From: an uncultured Planctomycetota bacterium
GTDB taxonomy: Bacteria > Planctomycetota > PLA2 > JAEUHO01
Reading direction: 5' to 3'
NCBI GenBank assembly: GCA_963752285.1
Contig: CAVVXN010000005.1
Coordinates: forward strand, 1,120,001-1,184,000
Length of the DNA: 64,000 bases
The notes under the pieces are model-generated. The model ran no database searches and was not told the origin of the DNA. It saw only the letters and a list, made by a program, of their open reading frames with translations. Below, piece by piece: positions 38,998-50,326 of this stretch. Positions within the stretch are counted from its first letter, which is position 1; the number at the start of each line of letters is the position of its first letter. The position numbers were made by a program, and so were the translations under genes.

Positions 38998-39089
38998 GGG
39001 CGGTGATGGTAGGTCCCGCCCGGGACGGGTGTCAAAGTCCGGGGACGTAGCGGGTCGCCGGAACGCCCTGCCCCTACCATGGAGGGTCG

Positions 39090-40637
39090 ATGACGGAGAC
39101 CCGCCCCCGCGAGCCGGACGACGACCTACCGGCACCTCCCTCCGACCCCGAGGACCCGCCTCGCACCCGCCGGGCCCACATCGAGCGCTCGTTGCTCGAC
39201 GAGCACGCCCTGACGGTGGTGCGGCGGCTCCAGCGCCACGGCCACGAGGCCTACCTCGTGGGCGGCTGCGTCCGGGACCTCCTGGCGGGCCACGAGCCCA
39301 AGGACTTCGACGTCGCCACGGACGCGCGGCCCAACCGGATCAAGCGTGTCTTCCGCAACGCCCGGATCATCGGTCGGCGCTTCCGTCTGGCGCACATCCA
39401 CTTCGGCGAAGGTCGCGTCATCGAGACCGCGACGTTCCGCGGCCCGCCGCCGGTCGGCGAGGACGCCGACGAGCAGGACGAGGGCTCCCCCGAGAACGTC
39501 TTCGGGACTGCCGCCGAGGACGCGCGACGGCGCGACTTCACGATCAACGCGCTCTTCTACGATCCCGTGCGCGACGAGATCCTCGACTGGGTGGGCGGCC
39601 TCGACGACGTGGAGGCCCGCGTCGTGCGCTCGATCGGCGACCCCGCGACGCGGATCTACGAGGATCCCGTGCGCATGATCCGCGCGGTCCACTTCGCCGT
39701 ACGCCTCGACTTCCAGATCGAGCCCACGCTCGAGCGCGCCATCGCGGAGCACGCCGACCGGATCGTCGAGGCGAGCCAGGCCCGCCTCTACGTCGAGCTC
39801 CTGAAGATCCTCGGCCGCGGCGCCGCCTGGCGCACGCTGCATCGTCTCCACCGGCTCGGCGTCCTCGCCCACTGGGTCCCCGAGGTCGTGGCGTTCCTCG
39901 ACGAGCCGCGGACGTGGGGCGACCTCGCCGGCCCGGCCTCCGAGCCCGAGGACCCCGAGGGTCTCCCTCCGAGCGGCGCGCACGCGACCTGGAACCTGCT
40001 CGGCGTCGCGGACCGCTGGGGTCTCGGCGCCGGGGGCGCCGAGGAGGCGATGCTCCTCGCGCCGCTCCTCGCGCCCTGGATCGTCTCGGCCTGGCTCGAG
40101 GACGACCACGGCGGGTACCTCGCGTGGTGCGACCGGTTCGACGAGACCGTGCGACCGCTCGCGCAGCGGACGAGCATGCCGCGCCGGACGCTGGGTCGCC
40201 TGAAGGAGGCCCTCTGGCTGTGGCTCACGATGCGCCACCCGCCGGACGGCCGCTGGGCGCACAAGGTCGTCCGACGCCAGGCGTTCCCACTCGCGCTCTC
40301 GTTCCTGCGCCTCGACCTCGAGGCGCGCAACCGGGTCGACGGGACGCTCGCGGCGTGGGAGGAGCTGGGGGCCCGGAGCCGCCCGGCCGCCCACGCGCAC
40401 CGGCGCGACGAGGACGAGGAGCCCCGCCGGCGCCGCCGCGGCGGCCGGAGCGGGCGCGGGCGCCGCGGTCGCCGCGCCGGGCCGGGGTCCGCCGCCCACG
40501 GCGACGGCGAGGGCGGCGGCGCGCCCCGCGTCGGATCGGAGGCGGCCGCGTGGACGCCGGCTCCCCCGCCGCCGGAGCGCGGGCCCGACCCGCGGGACCG
40601 CGAGCAGCCGCCCCAGAGGGACGCCGCGGACGTCTAG
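39090..40637 (+). CDS. pcnB: poly(A) polymerase I / CCA-adding superfamily nucleotidyltransferase
   Basis: YLVGGCVRDLL..PKDFDVAT, IIGRRFRLAHI (PAP-type signature), RRDFTINALFY, EDPVRMIRA, Arg-rich tail. Confidence 0.88.
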   Translation: MTETRPREPDDDLPAPPSDPEDPPRTRRAHIERSLLDEHALTVVRRLQRHGHEAYLVGGCVRDLLAGHEPKDFDVATDARPNRIKRVFRNARIIGRRFRLAHIHFGEGRVIETATFRGPPPVGEDADEQDEGSPENVFGTAAEDARRRDFTINALFYDPVRDEILDWVGGLDDVEARVVRSIGDPATRIYEDPVRMIRAVHFAVRLDFQIEPTLERAIAEHADRIVEASQARLYVELLKILGRGAAWRTLHRLHRLGVLAHWVPEVVAFLDEPRTWGDLAGPASEPEDPEGLPPSGAHATWNLLGVADRWGLGAGGAEEAMLLAPLLAPWIVSAWLEDDHGGYLAWCDRFDETVRPLAQRTSMPRRTLGRLKEALWLWLTMRHPPDGRWAHKVVRRQAFPLALSFLRLDLEARNRVDGTLAAWEELGARSRPAAHAHRRDEDEEPRRRRRGGRSGRGRRGRRAGPGSAAHGDGEGGGAPRVGSEAAAWTPAPPPPERGPDPRDREQPPQRDAADV

Positions 40638-40707
40638 CTTCGCGCGCGTCGGGCGACGCGCGCGTCGGACGTCGCGGCCGTCCGGCGTCGAGCGGGCGTG
40701 GCTTCGG

Positions 40708-43560
40708 TCAGGGCGTGACGACCCAGAGCGTGACGCGGCCGGCGAGACCGAGCGGGACGGCCGACACGGGGTACTGCGCCGCGATCCGGCCCGTGCCTGC
40801 GTACGGGTGCCCGGGCACGTGGATCTCGATCACCTCGACGCCCGTTCGCGTCCCGCCGAACATCTCCCGCGCCTTCGCGACCTCCGCTCCCACCGCCATC
40901 GGGAGCCAGACCGTCCGTTCCGCGGGCTTCGTCGGCATGCTCACGCGGACCCGGACGAGATCGCCGGGACGCAGCCCGCCGCCGGCGTCGGGTGCCGTGG
41001 CGAGCACCGTCCCCGCGGGGCGGTCGGACGCGCGCTCGACCTCGACGATCGGGAGCAGCCCCGCCTGGAGGATCTTCGGGATCGCCTCGCGCGCGTCCAT
41101 TCCGGCCACCATGGGCACGCTCGCCGAGCGCGGCGCGTCCCGGGGCGGCAGCGCGACGGGCGGGACCGGCGCCGACGCGCGGGCCGACGTGCCGCCGGGC
41201 CCGATCGGACCCGTCCCCACCGCGGGCGGCCGTCCCGGCTCGCCCGTCGGTCCCGGCGTGGACGTCGGGCGCGGCGGCTCGAGACGCATCGGCGCACCCG
41301 TCGCCGTGCGACGTGGTCCCGTTCCCGCCGCCACGACGATCTCCACCCAGGAACGTCCGGGGACCTCGGTGTCGCCCCCAGGGGCCTGGTCCACGACCTT
41401 CCCCTGCTCCTCCGCCGTGCCGCCGCCCTGCGTGACGTTCACGAGGAGACCCTCGATCCTCAGCGCCCGCTCGGCATCCGCGCGGTCCATCCCGACGACG
41501 GACGGCACGCGCACGGCATCGCCCGCGACCGGAGGCGTCGCGGGGCCCGGCGCGGGGGTGGTGCCCGGGCTCGTCCCGGGGCTCGTCCCGGGGCTCGTCC
41601 CAGGAGTCGTCCCAGGAGTCGTCCCGGGACTCGCCGGTGTCGGGGGAACGCTCGGCGTCGGCGTGGTGCCCGTAGGCGGAGCGGCGACCTCGACCACGAT
41701 CTCGCCGCCCCGCACGAGCGGCTCGCCCGGGGGCGGGTCCTGCGCCAGCACGGTGCCGGCGGCCGGATACGAGGTCTCACGCGTCACGATCCGCGCCGTG
41801 TAGCCGGCGGCCTCGATCGCCCGGACGGCGCGCGCGCGGTCCATCGCGACCACGTCCGGCACCGGCAGGGTCGTGGCAGGCGTCGCACCGGGCGTCGCAC
41901 CGGGCGTCGCACCGGGCGTCGGGCCGGGCGTCGGCCCGGCGGAGGCGGGCGTCTCGCCCGTGTGCGCCCGGACCGACGCGGGAACGTCGGCGATCGTCAG
42001 GAAGATGGTGTCGCCCGCGCTCTCGTGCTCGCCGCCGCGCGGGCGGTGACGCAGCACACGTCCGTCCATCGCCGGGTCGTCGCTTCGAAGCGTCATCACC
42101 TGGGGCACCATGCCCGCCCGCCGGAGCGTCTCCTCGGCCACCTCACGCGTCCATCCCGTCATGTCGGGGACCACGACGCTCCCGTCCGCCCCCTTCGCGA
42201 GCGTGACGGGTTCGGACGGACCGCCCGGCGTGGGGCTGGGCGGCGTCGCCGGCGCCGTGCCGGGCGTACCAGGCGTGCCGCCGGGGCCGGGGCCCGGGGC
42301 GACGGGCGGCGGAGAGGTCGTCCATGGCTGCGGCGGCCCCTCGCCCGGCGTCGTCCCGCCCGGCTCGGTCGTCGTGCCCGGCTCGGTCGTCGTACCCGGG
42401 GTCTCGGTCGTCGTACCCGGGGTCTCGGTCGTCCCGGGCCCGGTCGGGGCCGTGCCTGGTTCGACCGTGGGCGTGTCGTCCGGCCCCTCGGGACCCGACG
42501 GCGAGGGACCGGGCGTCGTGCCCGGCGTCGCCGCGATCTCGCCGGGACCGCCGACCGCGCGGCCCACCGCGATCGTCACGGTGCCGCCGGCGGCGAGCGA
42601 CTCGCCCGCGGCCGGTCGCTGGTCCACGACCTTGCCGTGCTCGCGCACCGCGACCGCCGACACCTCGGTCTCCGTCTCGAGGCCGACCGCGGCGAGCGCG
42701 CGCCGCGCCTCGTCTTCCGACTGTCCCACCACGTTCGGGACGGTGACCGCCTCGGGCGCGCGTCCGACGATGATCTCGACCTGTCGGCCCGCGTCGAGCG
42801 GCGTGTCGCCGGTGGGCGACTGGTTGAGCACCTTGCCCGCGCGACCGGCGTCGTCCTCGTACATCACCACGACCTGGTAGCCGAGGCCCTCGAGCGTCGC
42901 CTTCGCGTCGGCCTCGAGCTGGCCGACGACGGCCGGCACGTGCGGGATCCGCTGCTCCGCGCGCCCGACCACGATCTCGACGATCTTGTCGGCGGGCTCG
43001 TCCGACCCGCCTTCCGGGATCTGTCGGAGCACGACGCCCGACTGAGCGAGCTCCTGGGTGCTCTCCTCGGAGACACGGACCTCGTACCCCGCGTTCTCGA
43101 GCGTGCCCTCCGCCTCGGCCTGCGTGTGGCCGCGCACGTCCGGCACGCGCGCCGTGGCGGGCCGGGTGAACCACCACGCGGCGAGCCCCGCGAGGACCAC
43201 CGCGGCCGCACCCAGGAGCCACCGGCGGCCCCCGCTCGCCGCCGCGCCGCCCGCCGGCGCCTCCAGGACGACCGCGCGGTCCTCGGACTGCCCCGCCTCC
43301 GGGCCCTCGGTGCAGAGCACGGTCACGTGGGCTTCGCCCGCGCCGTCTTCGACCACGCGCATGGGGACGTGGAGGCGCTCGAGACCGACGGGGATGCGGT
43401 ACGCGCCGCCCCGCGAGCTCCCCGAGAGGTCCAGGGCCTCGATCGGCCCGGAGGTCTTGACCTCCACCCCGCGCTCGGACGAGGCGACGGGAAAGCCCAC
43501 CTCGAGCACGAAGAGCGCGTCGCGCGCGCCCATGACCTTCTCGGGCAACGTCACCCTCAT
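40708..43560 (-). CDS. single-pass membrane protein with eight PASTA domains and Pro/Thr/Gly linkers
   Basis: Eight (V/L)P.V.G...A...L...G repeats after one TM segment (WLLGAAAVVLAGLAAWWF). Confidence 0.85.
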   Translation of the reverse strand: MRVTLPEKVMGARDALFVLEVGFPVASSERGVEVKTSGPIEALDLSGSSRGGAYRIPVGLERLHVPMRVVEDGAGEAHVTVLCTEGPEAGQSEDRAVVLEAPAGGAAASGGRRWLLGAAAVVLAGLAAWWFTRPATARVPDVRGHTQAEAEGTLENAGYEVRVSEESTQELAQSGVVLRQIPEGGSDEPADKIVEIVVGRAEQRIPHVPAVVGQLEADAKATLEGLGYQVVVMYEDDAGRAGKVLNQSPTGDTPLDAGRQVEIIVGRAPEAVTVPNVVGQSEDEARRALAAVGLETETEVSAVAVREHGKVVDQRPAAGESLAAGGTVTIAVGRAVGGPGEIAATPGTTPGPSPSGPEGPDDTPTVEPGTAPTGPGTTETPGTTTETPGTTTEPGTTTEPGGTTPGEGPPQPWTTSPPPVAPGPGPGGTPGTPGTAPATPPSPTPGGPSEPVTLAKGADGSVVVPDMTGWTREVAEETLRRAGMVPQVMTLRSDDPAMDGRVLRHRPRGGEHESAGDTIFLTIADVPASVRAHTGETPASAGPTPGPTPGATPGATPGATPATTLPVPDVVAMDRARAVRAIEAAGYTARIVTRETSYPAAGTVLAQDPPPGEPLVRGGEIVVEVAAPPTGTTPTPSVPPTPASPGTTPGTTPGTSPGTSPGTSPGTTPAPGPATPPVAGDAVRVPSVVGMDRADAERALRIEGLLVNVTQGGGTAEEQGKVVDQAPGGDTEVPGRSWVEIVVAAGTGPRRTATGAPMRLEPPRPTSTPGPTGEPGRPPAVGTGPIGPGGTSARASAPVPPVALPPRDAPRSASVPMVAGMDAREAIPKILQAGLLPIVEVERASDRPAGTVLATAPDAGGGLRPGDLVRVRVSMPTKPAERTVWLPMAVGAEVAKAREMFGGTRTGVEVIEIHVPGHPYAGTGRIAAQYPVSAVPLGLAGRVTLWVVTP
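41560..42440 (-). repeat. short coding tandem repeats in PASTA linkers (TPGT/TSPG, ATPG, TTETPG)
   Basis: 12-bp repeats near 41565-41630 and 41880-41940; 18-21-bp repeats near 42350-42440. Confidence 0.8.
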
Positions 43561-43631
43561 CGTCAGCTCCCGGCCCACGGGTACGCCGACGCCCGAGCGA
43601 CAGACACGCCCCGGACGCCCGCGTCGCGATC

Positions 43632-44462
43632 CTACCGCAGAACGGCCCCGTCCGAGGTTCCGGCGACCCCCGCGGTCTCGTCGGCGTCGCCCGCGAGCCG
43701 GCGACCCCGGCGCGGTCCGACGACGACCTCGAAGAGCGCGAGAAGCGCCATCGTCCCGATCGCGGCGCCGAACGCGCCCCCGCCCACGAGGACCGCGGCC
43801 GGCCACGGGTCGCCGAACGCGCGCGTCGCGAACCACCCGCCGACGTCCAACACCGCGCCCCCGAACGCCGAGGCGACCAGCAACGCCTTGAGCGCGCCCG
43901 GCGCGCCCGTTCCGACCACGAGCAGCGAGAGGAGGAGCGCGAGGACGGAGAACGCGAACGCGTGGTTGTGCGCGGTCACGAGCAGGTTGCTCGTCGAGAT
44001 GGCCGGCGCGGCCCGCGCCACGGCACGCACCTCCTCGTACGTCTCGAACGGGAGGTCGGCGCGCTGGCCGCCGGGGGCGTGGCACTGGAGGCACGACGCC
44101 TCCTGGTGCATCACCTGGCCGACCGCGGGCCACCCGCTCTCGGGCGCGCCCTCCTCCACCCACGACAGGATCACCTCGCGACGTTTCTGGATGCTCTCGG
44201 GATCCTGCAGCGGGTCGAGGTACACCCACATCGCGCGCGGGCTCGTCGGAGGACGGTCGGCGGAGAGCACCTCGTGGAGCGGCGAGGTCTCGGGCGTGCC
44301 GTGGTACTTGACGAGCACGTCGTGGTAGCCCGGCAGGCGGCCGCCGCCGTCCCGCACCCACAGCGTCGCCTGCGCGGCGAGGTAGAACCCGCCGAGGAGG
44401 AGGACGAAGAGCGCGATTGCGAGCCGGGCGGGGCCGGGGAGGTCGCGGAGCCGATACGCCAT
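43632..44462 (-). CDS. membrane protein with one CxxCH heme c motif
   Basis: N-terminal TM, SCLQCHAP, then three TM helices starting at AHNHAFAF. Confidence 0.7.
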   Translation of the reverse strand: MAYRLRDLPGPARLAIALFVLLLGGFYLAAQATLWVRDGGGRLPGYHDVLVKYHGTPETSPLHEVLSADRPPTSPRAMWVYLDPLQDPESIQKRREVILSWVEEGAPESGWPAVGQVMHQEASCLQCHAPGGQRADLPFETYEEVRAVARAAPAISTSNLLVTAHNHAFAFSVLALLLSLLVVGTGAPGALKALLVASAFGGAVLDVGGWFATRAFGDPWPAAVLVGGGAFGAAIGTMALLALFEVVVGPRRGRRLAGDADETAGVAGTSDGAVLR

Positions 44463-44506
44463 CGGGCGCATGGTAGCGGCCGTCGGGCCCCGCCCCGGTG
44501 CGGACG

Positions 44507-45559
44507 CTACTTCGCCTTCCGCGCGCGCGTCTTCGACCGGGCCGGCCGCGACTTCGCCCTCGCCTTCTTCGCGCCGCGTTTCGCCGGTCCCCGCTTCGCG
44601 GCCGCGCGACGCTTCGCCCCGGCGGACCGCGCGGACGCCCGGTCCCGCTTCGCCGGGGACCGCTTCGCGCCGCGGCCGCGCCCCCGGCGCTCGAGCAGCG
44701 CCGCCATGACGCGCCCCATGTCGGCCGGGCTCTCGGCCACGCGGATCCCCGCCGCGACGAGCGCGGCCTGCTTCTCGGCCGCGGTGCCCTTGCCGCCCGC
44801 GATGATCGCGCCCGCGTGCCCCATGCGCTTGCCCGAGGGCGCCGTGCGCCCGGCGACGAACGCGCCAACCGGCTTCGTCACGTGGGCCTTCACGAACGCG
44901 GCCGCGTCCTCCTCGGCCGTGCCGCCGATCTCGCCGATCATCAGGATCGCGTCGGTCTCGGGATCGGCCTCGAAGAGGGCCAGGACGTCCACGAAGCTCG
45001 TGCCGGGCACGGGGTCGCCGCCGATGCCGAGGCACGTGCTCTGGCCGAGGCCGAGGCTCGAGAGCTGCCACACGGCCTCGTACGTGAGCGTCCCGCTCCT
45101 CGAGACCACGCCCACGCCGCCGGGACGGTGGATGTAGCCCGGCATGATGCCCACCTTCGCCTTCTCGCCGGGCGAGAGGATGCCGGGGCCGTTGGGACCG
45201 ATCAGCCGCGCGCCCGCGCGGGCCACTTCGCGCTTCACGCGCACCTCGTCGAGGGCCGGGAGGCCCTCGGTGATGCACACGACGACGGCGATCCCCGCGT
45301 CCACGGCCTCGAGGACGGCGTCGGCCGCGAACGCGGCGGGCACGAAAATCATGCTCGTGTTCGCGCCCGTCTTCTCGACGGCGTCGGCCACGGTGTCGAA
45401 GACGGGAATCTTCGACACACGCGTGCCGCCGCGACCGGGCGTCACGCCCGCCACGACGTTCGTGCCGTACTCGCGGCACGCGAGCGTGTGGAAGCGCCCC
45501 GCGTCCCCGGTGATGCCTTGGACCAAGAGCCGCGTGTTCCGATCGACGAGGATGCTCAC
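44507..45559 (-). CDS. sucD: succinate--CoA ligase alpha subunit with basic C-terminal tail
   Basis: [40 protein letters not shown]. Confidence 0.96.
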   Translation of the reverse strand: MSILVDRNTRLLVQGITGDAGRFHTLACREYGTNVVAGVTPGRGGTRVSKIPVFDTVADAVEKTGANTSMIFVPAAFAADAVLEAVDAGIAVVVCITEGLPALDEVRVKREVARAGARLIGPNGPGILSPGEKAKVGIMPGYIHRPGGVGVVSRSGTLTYEAVWQLSSLGLGQSTCLGIGGDPVPGTSFVDVLALFEADPETDAILMIGEIGGTAEEDAAAFVKAHVTKPVGAFVAGRTAPSGKRMGHAGAIIAGGKGTAAEKQAALVAAGIRVAESPADMGRVMAALLERRGRGRGAKRSPAKRDRASARSAGAKRRAAAKRGPAKRGAKKARAKSRPARSKTRARKAK

Positions 45560-46716
45560 GCCACCGCCTCCACGATCCGCCGCGCGGCGTCGTCCATGTC
45601 TTTCGCGGGCGTGATGTCGAGCCCGCTCTTCGCGAGGATGGCGCGACCCTTCTCGACGTTCGTGCCCTCGAGCCGGACGACGAGCGGGCGATCGAGCCCC
45701 ACCGCCTTCGTGGCGGCGACCACGCCCTCCGCGATCACGTCGCAGCGCATGATCCCGCCGAAGATGTTCACGAGGATGCCCTGGACCGACGGGTCCTCGA
45801 GGATGATGCGGAACGCGGTCGTGACCTGCTCCGCGGTCGCGCCGCCGCCCACGTCGAGGAAGTTCGCCGGTTCGCCGCCGTGGAGCTTCACGATGTCCAT
45901 GGTGGCCATCGCGAGGCCCGCGCCGTTCACGAGACACCCGATGTTGCCCTCGAGCTTCACGTACGAGAGGCCGGCGTCGCGCGCCCGAACCTCCGTCGGC
46001 TCCTCCTCGCTTCGGTCCCGCTCCGCCGCGAGCTCCTTCTGGCGGAACAGGGCGTTGTCGTCGATGCTCATCTTGCCGTCGAGGCACACGACCCTGCCGT
46101 CCTTCGTCGTGACGAGCGGGTTCACCTCGACGAGGCTCGCGTCGCTCTCGAGCCAGAGCCGCGCGAGGCGCTGGAGCGTGGTCGCCAGCGGCCGGACGAG
46201 CTCGGCGGGCACCTTGAGGCGATACGCGAGCCGCCGCGCCTTGAATCCGTCGAGGCCGCGGAGCGGGTCCACGACCTCGCGGAGGATGGCCTTCGGCCGG
46301 CGCGCCGCCACCTCCTCGATCTCGACGCCGCCCTCGGCGGACGCCATCACGACCGGAGACTCGAGGCGACGGTCGAGGACGACCGCGGCGTAGAGCTGCC
46401 GATCGAGGTCGAGGCCCTCCTCGACGAGCAGCGTGCGGACGACCGTTCCCTCCCGGCCCGTCTGCTTCGTGACGAGCGGGTGGCCGAGGAGCGTCTCCGC
46501 GACCTGCCGCGCCTCGTCGGCGGAGCGGACGAGCTTCACGCCGCCCGCCTTGCCGCGCCCGCCGGCGTGGATCTGCGCCTTCACGACGACGACCGGCGTG
46601 CCGAGGCTCGCGAACGCCTCGGCGGCCGCGGACGCCTCCTTCACGACGACGCCGCGCGGCACGGTGAGGCCCACCGCGCGGAAGCGTTCCTTCGCCTGGT
46701 ACTCGTGGAGCTTCAC
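45556..46716 (-). CDS. sucC: succinate--CoA ligase beta subunit
   Basis: [45 protein letters not shown]. Confidence 0.97.
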   Translation of the reverse strand: MKLHEYQAKERFRAVGLTVPRGVVVKEASAAAEAFASLGTPVVVVKAQIHAGGRGKAGGVKLVRSADEARQVAETLLGHPLVTKQTGREGTVVRTLLVEEGLDLDRQLYAAVVLDRRLESPVVMASAEGGVEIEEVAARRPKAILREVVDPLRGLDGFKARRLAYRLKVPAELVRPLATTLQRLARLWLESDASLVEVNPLVTTKDGRVVCLDGKMSIDDNALFRQKELAAERDRSEEEPTEVRARDAGLSYVKLEGNIGCLVNGAGLAMATMDIVKLHGGEPANFLDVGGGATAEQVTTAFRIILEDPSVQGILVNIFGGIMRCDVIAEGVVAATKAVGLDRPLVVRLEGTNVEKGRAILAKSGLDITPAKDMDDAARRIVEAVA

Positions 46717-46824
46717 GCGCGGCGCCTCCCTCGGGACGAGCCGGCATCCTACGCCTCGGCCCCTCGCCTCCCACTTCCGCGCGACCCGCCGTGTCGAGGG
46801 CCGTCCGTCCCCGTCGGCGCGGGC

Positions 46825-48465
46825 TCAGCGCGAGTCGGTCGGGCCGGCTTCGTCGCCGGGCGTCACGGGAGCGGGCGAGAGGTGGCTCGTCGCGCGCTTC
46901 AGGAACAGCAGCGCGAAACACGTGTCGAGGACGTCCTTGGGTTCGTGCGTGGAGCCGGTGTTCCAGAACACGACGTCCCGCTCCGGCGCGCGGCCGTCGA
47001 AGAGGTCCTTGACCTTCGCGTGTTGCTGCCGCTGCAGGATCTCGCGGGCTCCCTCGCGGTACCAGAGGTGCTTCCCGAGCAGGTTCTTCATCCGCAGGTC
47101 CTGCTCGCGCTCGATCGCGTACAGGTAGTAGACGTGATAGCCGTACTGGCTCGACGGGTTCATGAACGGCGACCAGTTCCGGTCGAGCCACGCGAGACCG
47201 TCCCACACCGCGGTCGTGACCTTGCGGTCGAGGCCGCGCTCGCTGAATTCCTTGCGCCCCTTCGGCGACTCCTCGAGCGCCCGGACCGCGATCAGGAGGT
47301 TCGTGATGCCGCACGCGGTCATCGACCCCGTGGCGACGCCCTCCGTGCCGTCCGGGCTCCCCTTGATGTACATGAAGCCCCGCGCGTGGTCCTTCTGCTG
47401 CGCGTACCCGCCGGCCGCCAAGGTGGGGTCGTACCGCTCCTGCTCGGGCCCGTCCTCCTCCTGGTGCGCCAGCGTGAAGTCCAGGATGTCGAACCACACG
47501 TCGTCCGGGATCTTCATGCCGAAGCGCCGCGCGGAGAAGAGCGCGAGCGTCGCGAGCTGCGTGCTCGAGAGGTCCTGGTTCGCGTTCGGCGGGACGTTGT
47601 TCCGACGCTGCCAGGAGCTCCGACCGGCCTTCGACGCCTCGAAGAGGTCGAGGTGCGGCACGTTGTACCGCCAGCCGAGGCGTTGCTCGTGCGGCGGGAG
47701 GTCGCCCTCCGGCTTGGGCGGGTCCTGCGCCTTCGACGGGTCCGACAGGCGCTCGATCATGCCCGCGTCGAGCGCCGTCGCGGTCTCGAGCGGTTGGCCG
47801 CGCCGCTCGAGGAGCGCGGTGACCAGCTGGTCGAGCCACACCCGGTCGTCCCGGTCCTTGATCCGGAGCTTGTGCCGGCGCTGGGCCTCGTCGGACTGCG
47901 CGCTCTTCTTGTACTGGTCGTACTTCGCCGTGAGCGCGAGGATCATCGCGGCGAGCTCGTAGGAGGACCCCGCGATCAGGTGGGTCCAGACCCGCGTCCG
48001 CCCCTGGGTCTCCTGCCCGTCCCACTCCGGCGTGATCGTGTGCACCGACGCGAGCCACGCGAAGCCGCGCTCGATGATCGGCTCCTTCGGCGAGACGCCG
48101 CATTTGAGGAGCGTGTAGAGCGCGAGCGCCGTGGGGCCCGCCGGATGGCGGTACTGCGGCCCGTCCCCGCCGCCATAGGCGCGATCCCCCTTCACGAGAC
48201 CCCAGGACGCGCCGTCCGCCACCGGCCGGGTTCCGGGAATCGAGAAGAGCGACGCGCGGTTCCGCAGCCACTCGACGCCCTGCTCGATCGCCTGGTTCAC
48301 CTGGGCCTCGAACGGGACGTTCTGGTCGCCGAGGTCCGGCCCCGCCCCGACGGGCGGGTCGTCGTCGCCGGGATCGCCGGCCACGGCGCCGGGGCCCGAG
48401 AGGCCCATCGCCACGAGGAGGAGCAACGCGAGCGGGGGAGCGAGGCGCCGGGCGAGCCTGGGCAT
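46825..48465 (-). CDS. exported protein with prenyltransferase/squalene-oxidase-like helical repeats
   Basis: Signal peptide; [50 protein letters not shown]. Confidence 0.7.
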   Translation of the reverse strand: MPRLARRLAPPLALLLLVAMGLSGPGAVAGDPGDDDPPVGAGPDLGDQNVPFEAQVNQAIEQGVEWLRNRASLFSIPGTRPVADGASWGLVKGDRAYGGGDGPQYRHPAGPTALALYTLLKCGVSPKEPIIERGFAWLASVHTITPEWDGQETQGRTRVWTHLIAGSSYELAAMILALTAKYDQYKKSAQSDEAQRRHKLRIKDRDDRVWLDQLVTALLERRGQPLETATALDAGMIERLSDPSKAQDPPKPEGDLPPHEQRLGWRYNVPHLDLFEASKAGRSSWQRRNNVPPNANQDLSSTQLATLALFSARRFGMKIPDDVWFDILDFTLAHQEEDGPEQERYDPTLAAGGYAQQKDHARGFMYIKGSPDGTEGVATGSMTACGITNLLIAVRALEESPKGRKEFSERGLDRKVTTAVWDGLAWLDRNWSPFMNPSSQYGYHVYYLYAIEREQDLRMKNLLGKHLWYREGAREILQRQQHAKVKDLFDGRAPERDVVFWNTGSTHEPKDVLDTCFALLFLKRATSHLSPAPVTPGDEAGPTDSR

Positions 48466-48591
48466 GTCTTCTCCGGCCGGACGGACGGGGGCGTTCCCAT
48501 CGTACGCCGCGGCCGGAGCAAGCGTCGGGCCACCGCGGCGACCGGGGTCGGACCGGGGGGCGGCGCGCGACGCCTCGACCGGCTCCGCCGG

Positions 48592-49599
48592 TCAGGCGAG
48601 GGCGGCCGCCAGGCGCGGCAGGCTCACCGCGTACCGATACGAGATCGAGCGGTGCGTGTCGTCGAACTCCTCGTACACGTGCGGCACGTCGTGCGCTCGC
48701 AGGCGGTTCGAGAGGATCCGCGCGCCGTGCTGGAGGTTGTACTCGTCGCGCGTGCCGCACTCGACCCAGAGGAGCGAGAGGGACCGGAGGTCCGCCGCGT
48801 GCTCCCCGACCAGGAAGACGGGGTCGCGCCGCGCCCATCGCGCGAGGACGTCCTCGCGCCGTGCGCCCGTCGCCTCGTCGAACGGGAGGTCCACGCCTGC
48901 GGGCGCGTCTGGGTTCGGCGAGTAGAAGTGGGCCATCGCGACGACGAGGAGCGCGGGGAAGAGGTGCGCAGGGAGCTTCGGCCAGCGCCGGCGACGGACG
49001 TCGGCGAGGAAGGGCAGCAGCCCGCCCGCCGCGCGGAGCCCGTCCGCTGCGCGCGGCAGGTCGGGCCCGTAGCAGTACTCGAAGTAGCAGTCGCCGGAGT
49101 GGCTCGCGACCGCCGAGAACACGTCGGCGTGCTCGAGGCCCATCATCAGGGCGCCGTACCCGCCGCTCGACTTCCCGAACACGCCGCGGTGCCGTCGGCC
49201 CTCCAGGACGCGGAAGGTCTGCTCCGCCCACGGGACGACCTCGCGCGTCACGTGCGTGGCCCAGGGTCCCGTCGCGGCCGAGTCCACGTACTGGTTCCCG
49301 CCGAGCGCGGTCATGCCGTCCACCATCACGACGACCACCGGCGGCATCGCCCCCGACGCGATCTCGCGGTCGAGGAGCTCGGGCAGCGAGGGCTGCCACC
49401 AGTCGTACGACAGGAAGGATAGACCCGTTCCGGTGAACCCGGCGAGCGCGAAGAGCACGGGGCAGCGGCGGGGACCGCGCGGGTCGTAGCCGGGCGGGAG
49501 GTAGACGGGGACGCGACGCGTGGTCGGGTCGCCGAGGGGGTTCCCGCGGAGAACCTCGCTCTCGAGCTCGTGGACGACGACGGTCCCGCGCGACGCCAC
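48592..49599 (-). CDS. putative esterase (alpha/beta hydrolase, enterochelin-esterase-like)
   Basis: [31 protein letters not shown]. Confidence 0.85.
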   Translation of the reverse strand: MASRGTVVVHELESEVLRGNPLGDPTTRRVPVYLPPGYDPRGPRRCPVLFALAGFTGTGLSFLSYDWWQPSLPELLDREIASGAMPPVVVVMVDGMTALGGNQYVDSAATGPWATHVTREVVPWAEQTFRVLEGRRHRGVFGKSSGGYGALMMGLEHADVFSAVASHSGDCYFEYCYGPDLPRAADGLRAAGGLLPFLADVRRRRWPKLPAHLFPALLVVAMAHFYSPNPDAPAGVDLPFDEATGARREDVLARWARRDPVFLVGEHAADLRSLSLLWVECGTRDEYNLQHGARILSNRLRAHDVPHVYEEFDDTHRSISYRYAVSLPRLAAALA

Positions 49600-49604
49600 C
49601 GCGG

Positions 49605-50255
49605 CTACCCGATCGGGAACCACGTCCACCGCCCGTTGTCGAGCCGGATCTCGCCGCCGAGGTCGAGCACGGGCTGGCGGTCGAGCACGTCGTCGTGCCG
49701 CCCGCGCGACGCGTTGCCCTGGGCGTGGACGCGCAGCCGGACGGGCGCGGTCTGGTCGCGCGTCTTCACGAGGTGGAGCGTCAGGCGCTTGCGCGCCGTC
49801 ACGGTGAGGCCCGTGCCGATGAGGATGCGCGGGCTCGACGTCACCACGACCGCGCCGCCGGGGCGGAGGCTCACGAGGTCCACGGTCGTCTCGTCCGCGC
49901 GCGTCGTGTCCTGGCGGCTCACCTCCCCCACGGTCGCGTTCACGGTGAGCACCTGCGCGAAGTACTCGCGGCTCGCGGTGACCTCCACCTCGTCGCCGAG
50001 GATCCACTGCGCGTTCCTCGCCGAGATGAACGCGTCCACGGGCGCGAGGTCGCGGTCGGACAGGAACACGCGCCCGTTGCCCGACGGGGTCGACCCGGAC
50101 ACGGAGGACGGCTGGCCGGCGGTCGAGCCGTCCGTCGTGAAGACGTGCCGGCCCTGGCACCCCGCGAGCGGGACGACGAGCGCGAGGGCCACGGAGAGGA
50201 GGCGCGGCCGCGCCGCGGCGTCGGGTCGGGCGGGCGTCGATCGGTGGGCGTGCAT
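49605..50255 (-). CDS. hypothetical lipoprotein
   Basis: [18 protein letters not shown] lipobox; beta-rich body. Confidence 0.7.
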   Translation of the reverse strand: MHAHRSTPARPDAAARPRLLSVALALVVPLAGCQGRHVFTTDGSTAGQPSSVSGSTPSGNGRVFLSDRDLAPVDAFISARNAQWILGDEVEVTASREYFAQVLTVNATVGEVSRQDTTRADETTVDLVSLRPGGAVVVTSSPRILIGTGLTVTARKRLTLHLVKTRDQTAPVRLRVHAQGNASRGRHDDVLDRQPVLDLGGEIRLDNGRWTWFPIG

Positions 50256-50326
50256 GCGGCTCCTCCCGGGCGGGACCCGGTCCGCGGCCGCGCGGCGCGC
50301 GCGGGCCCGGGCCGGCGGGGGCGTCC

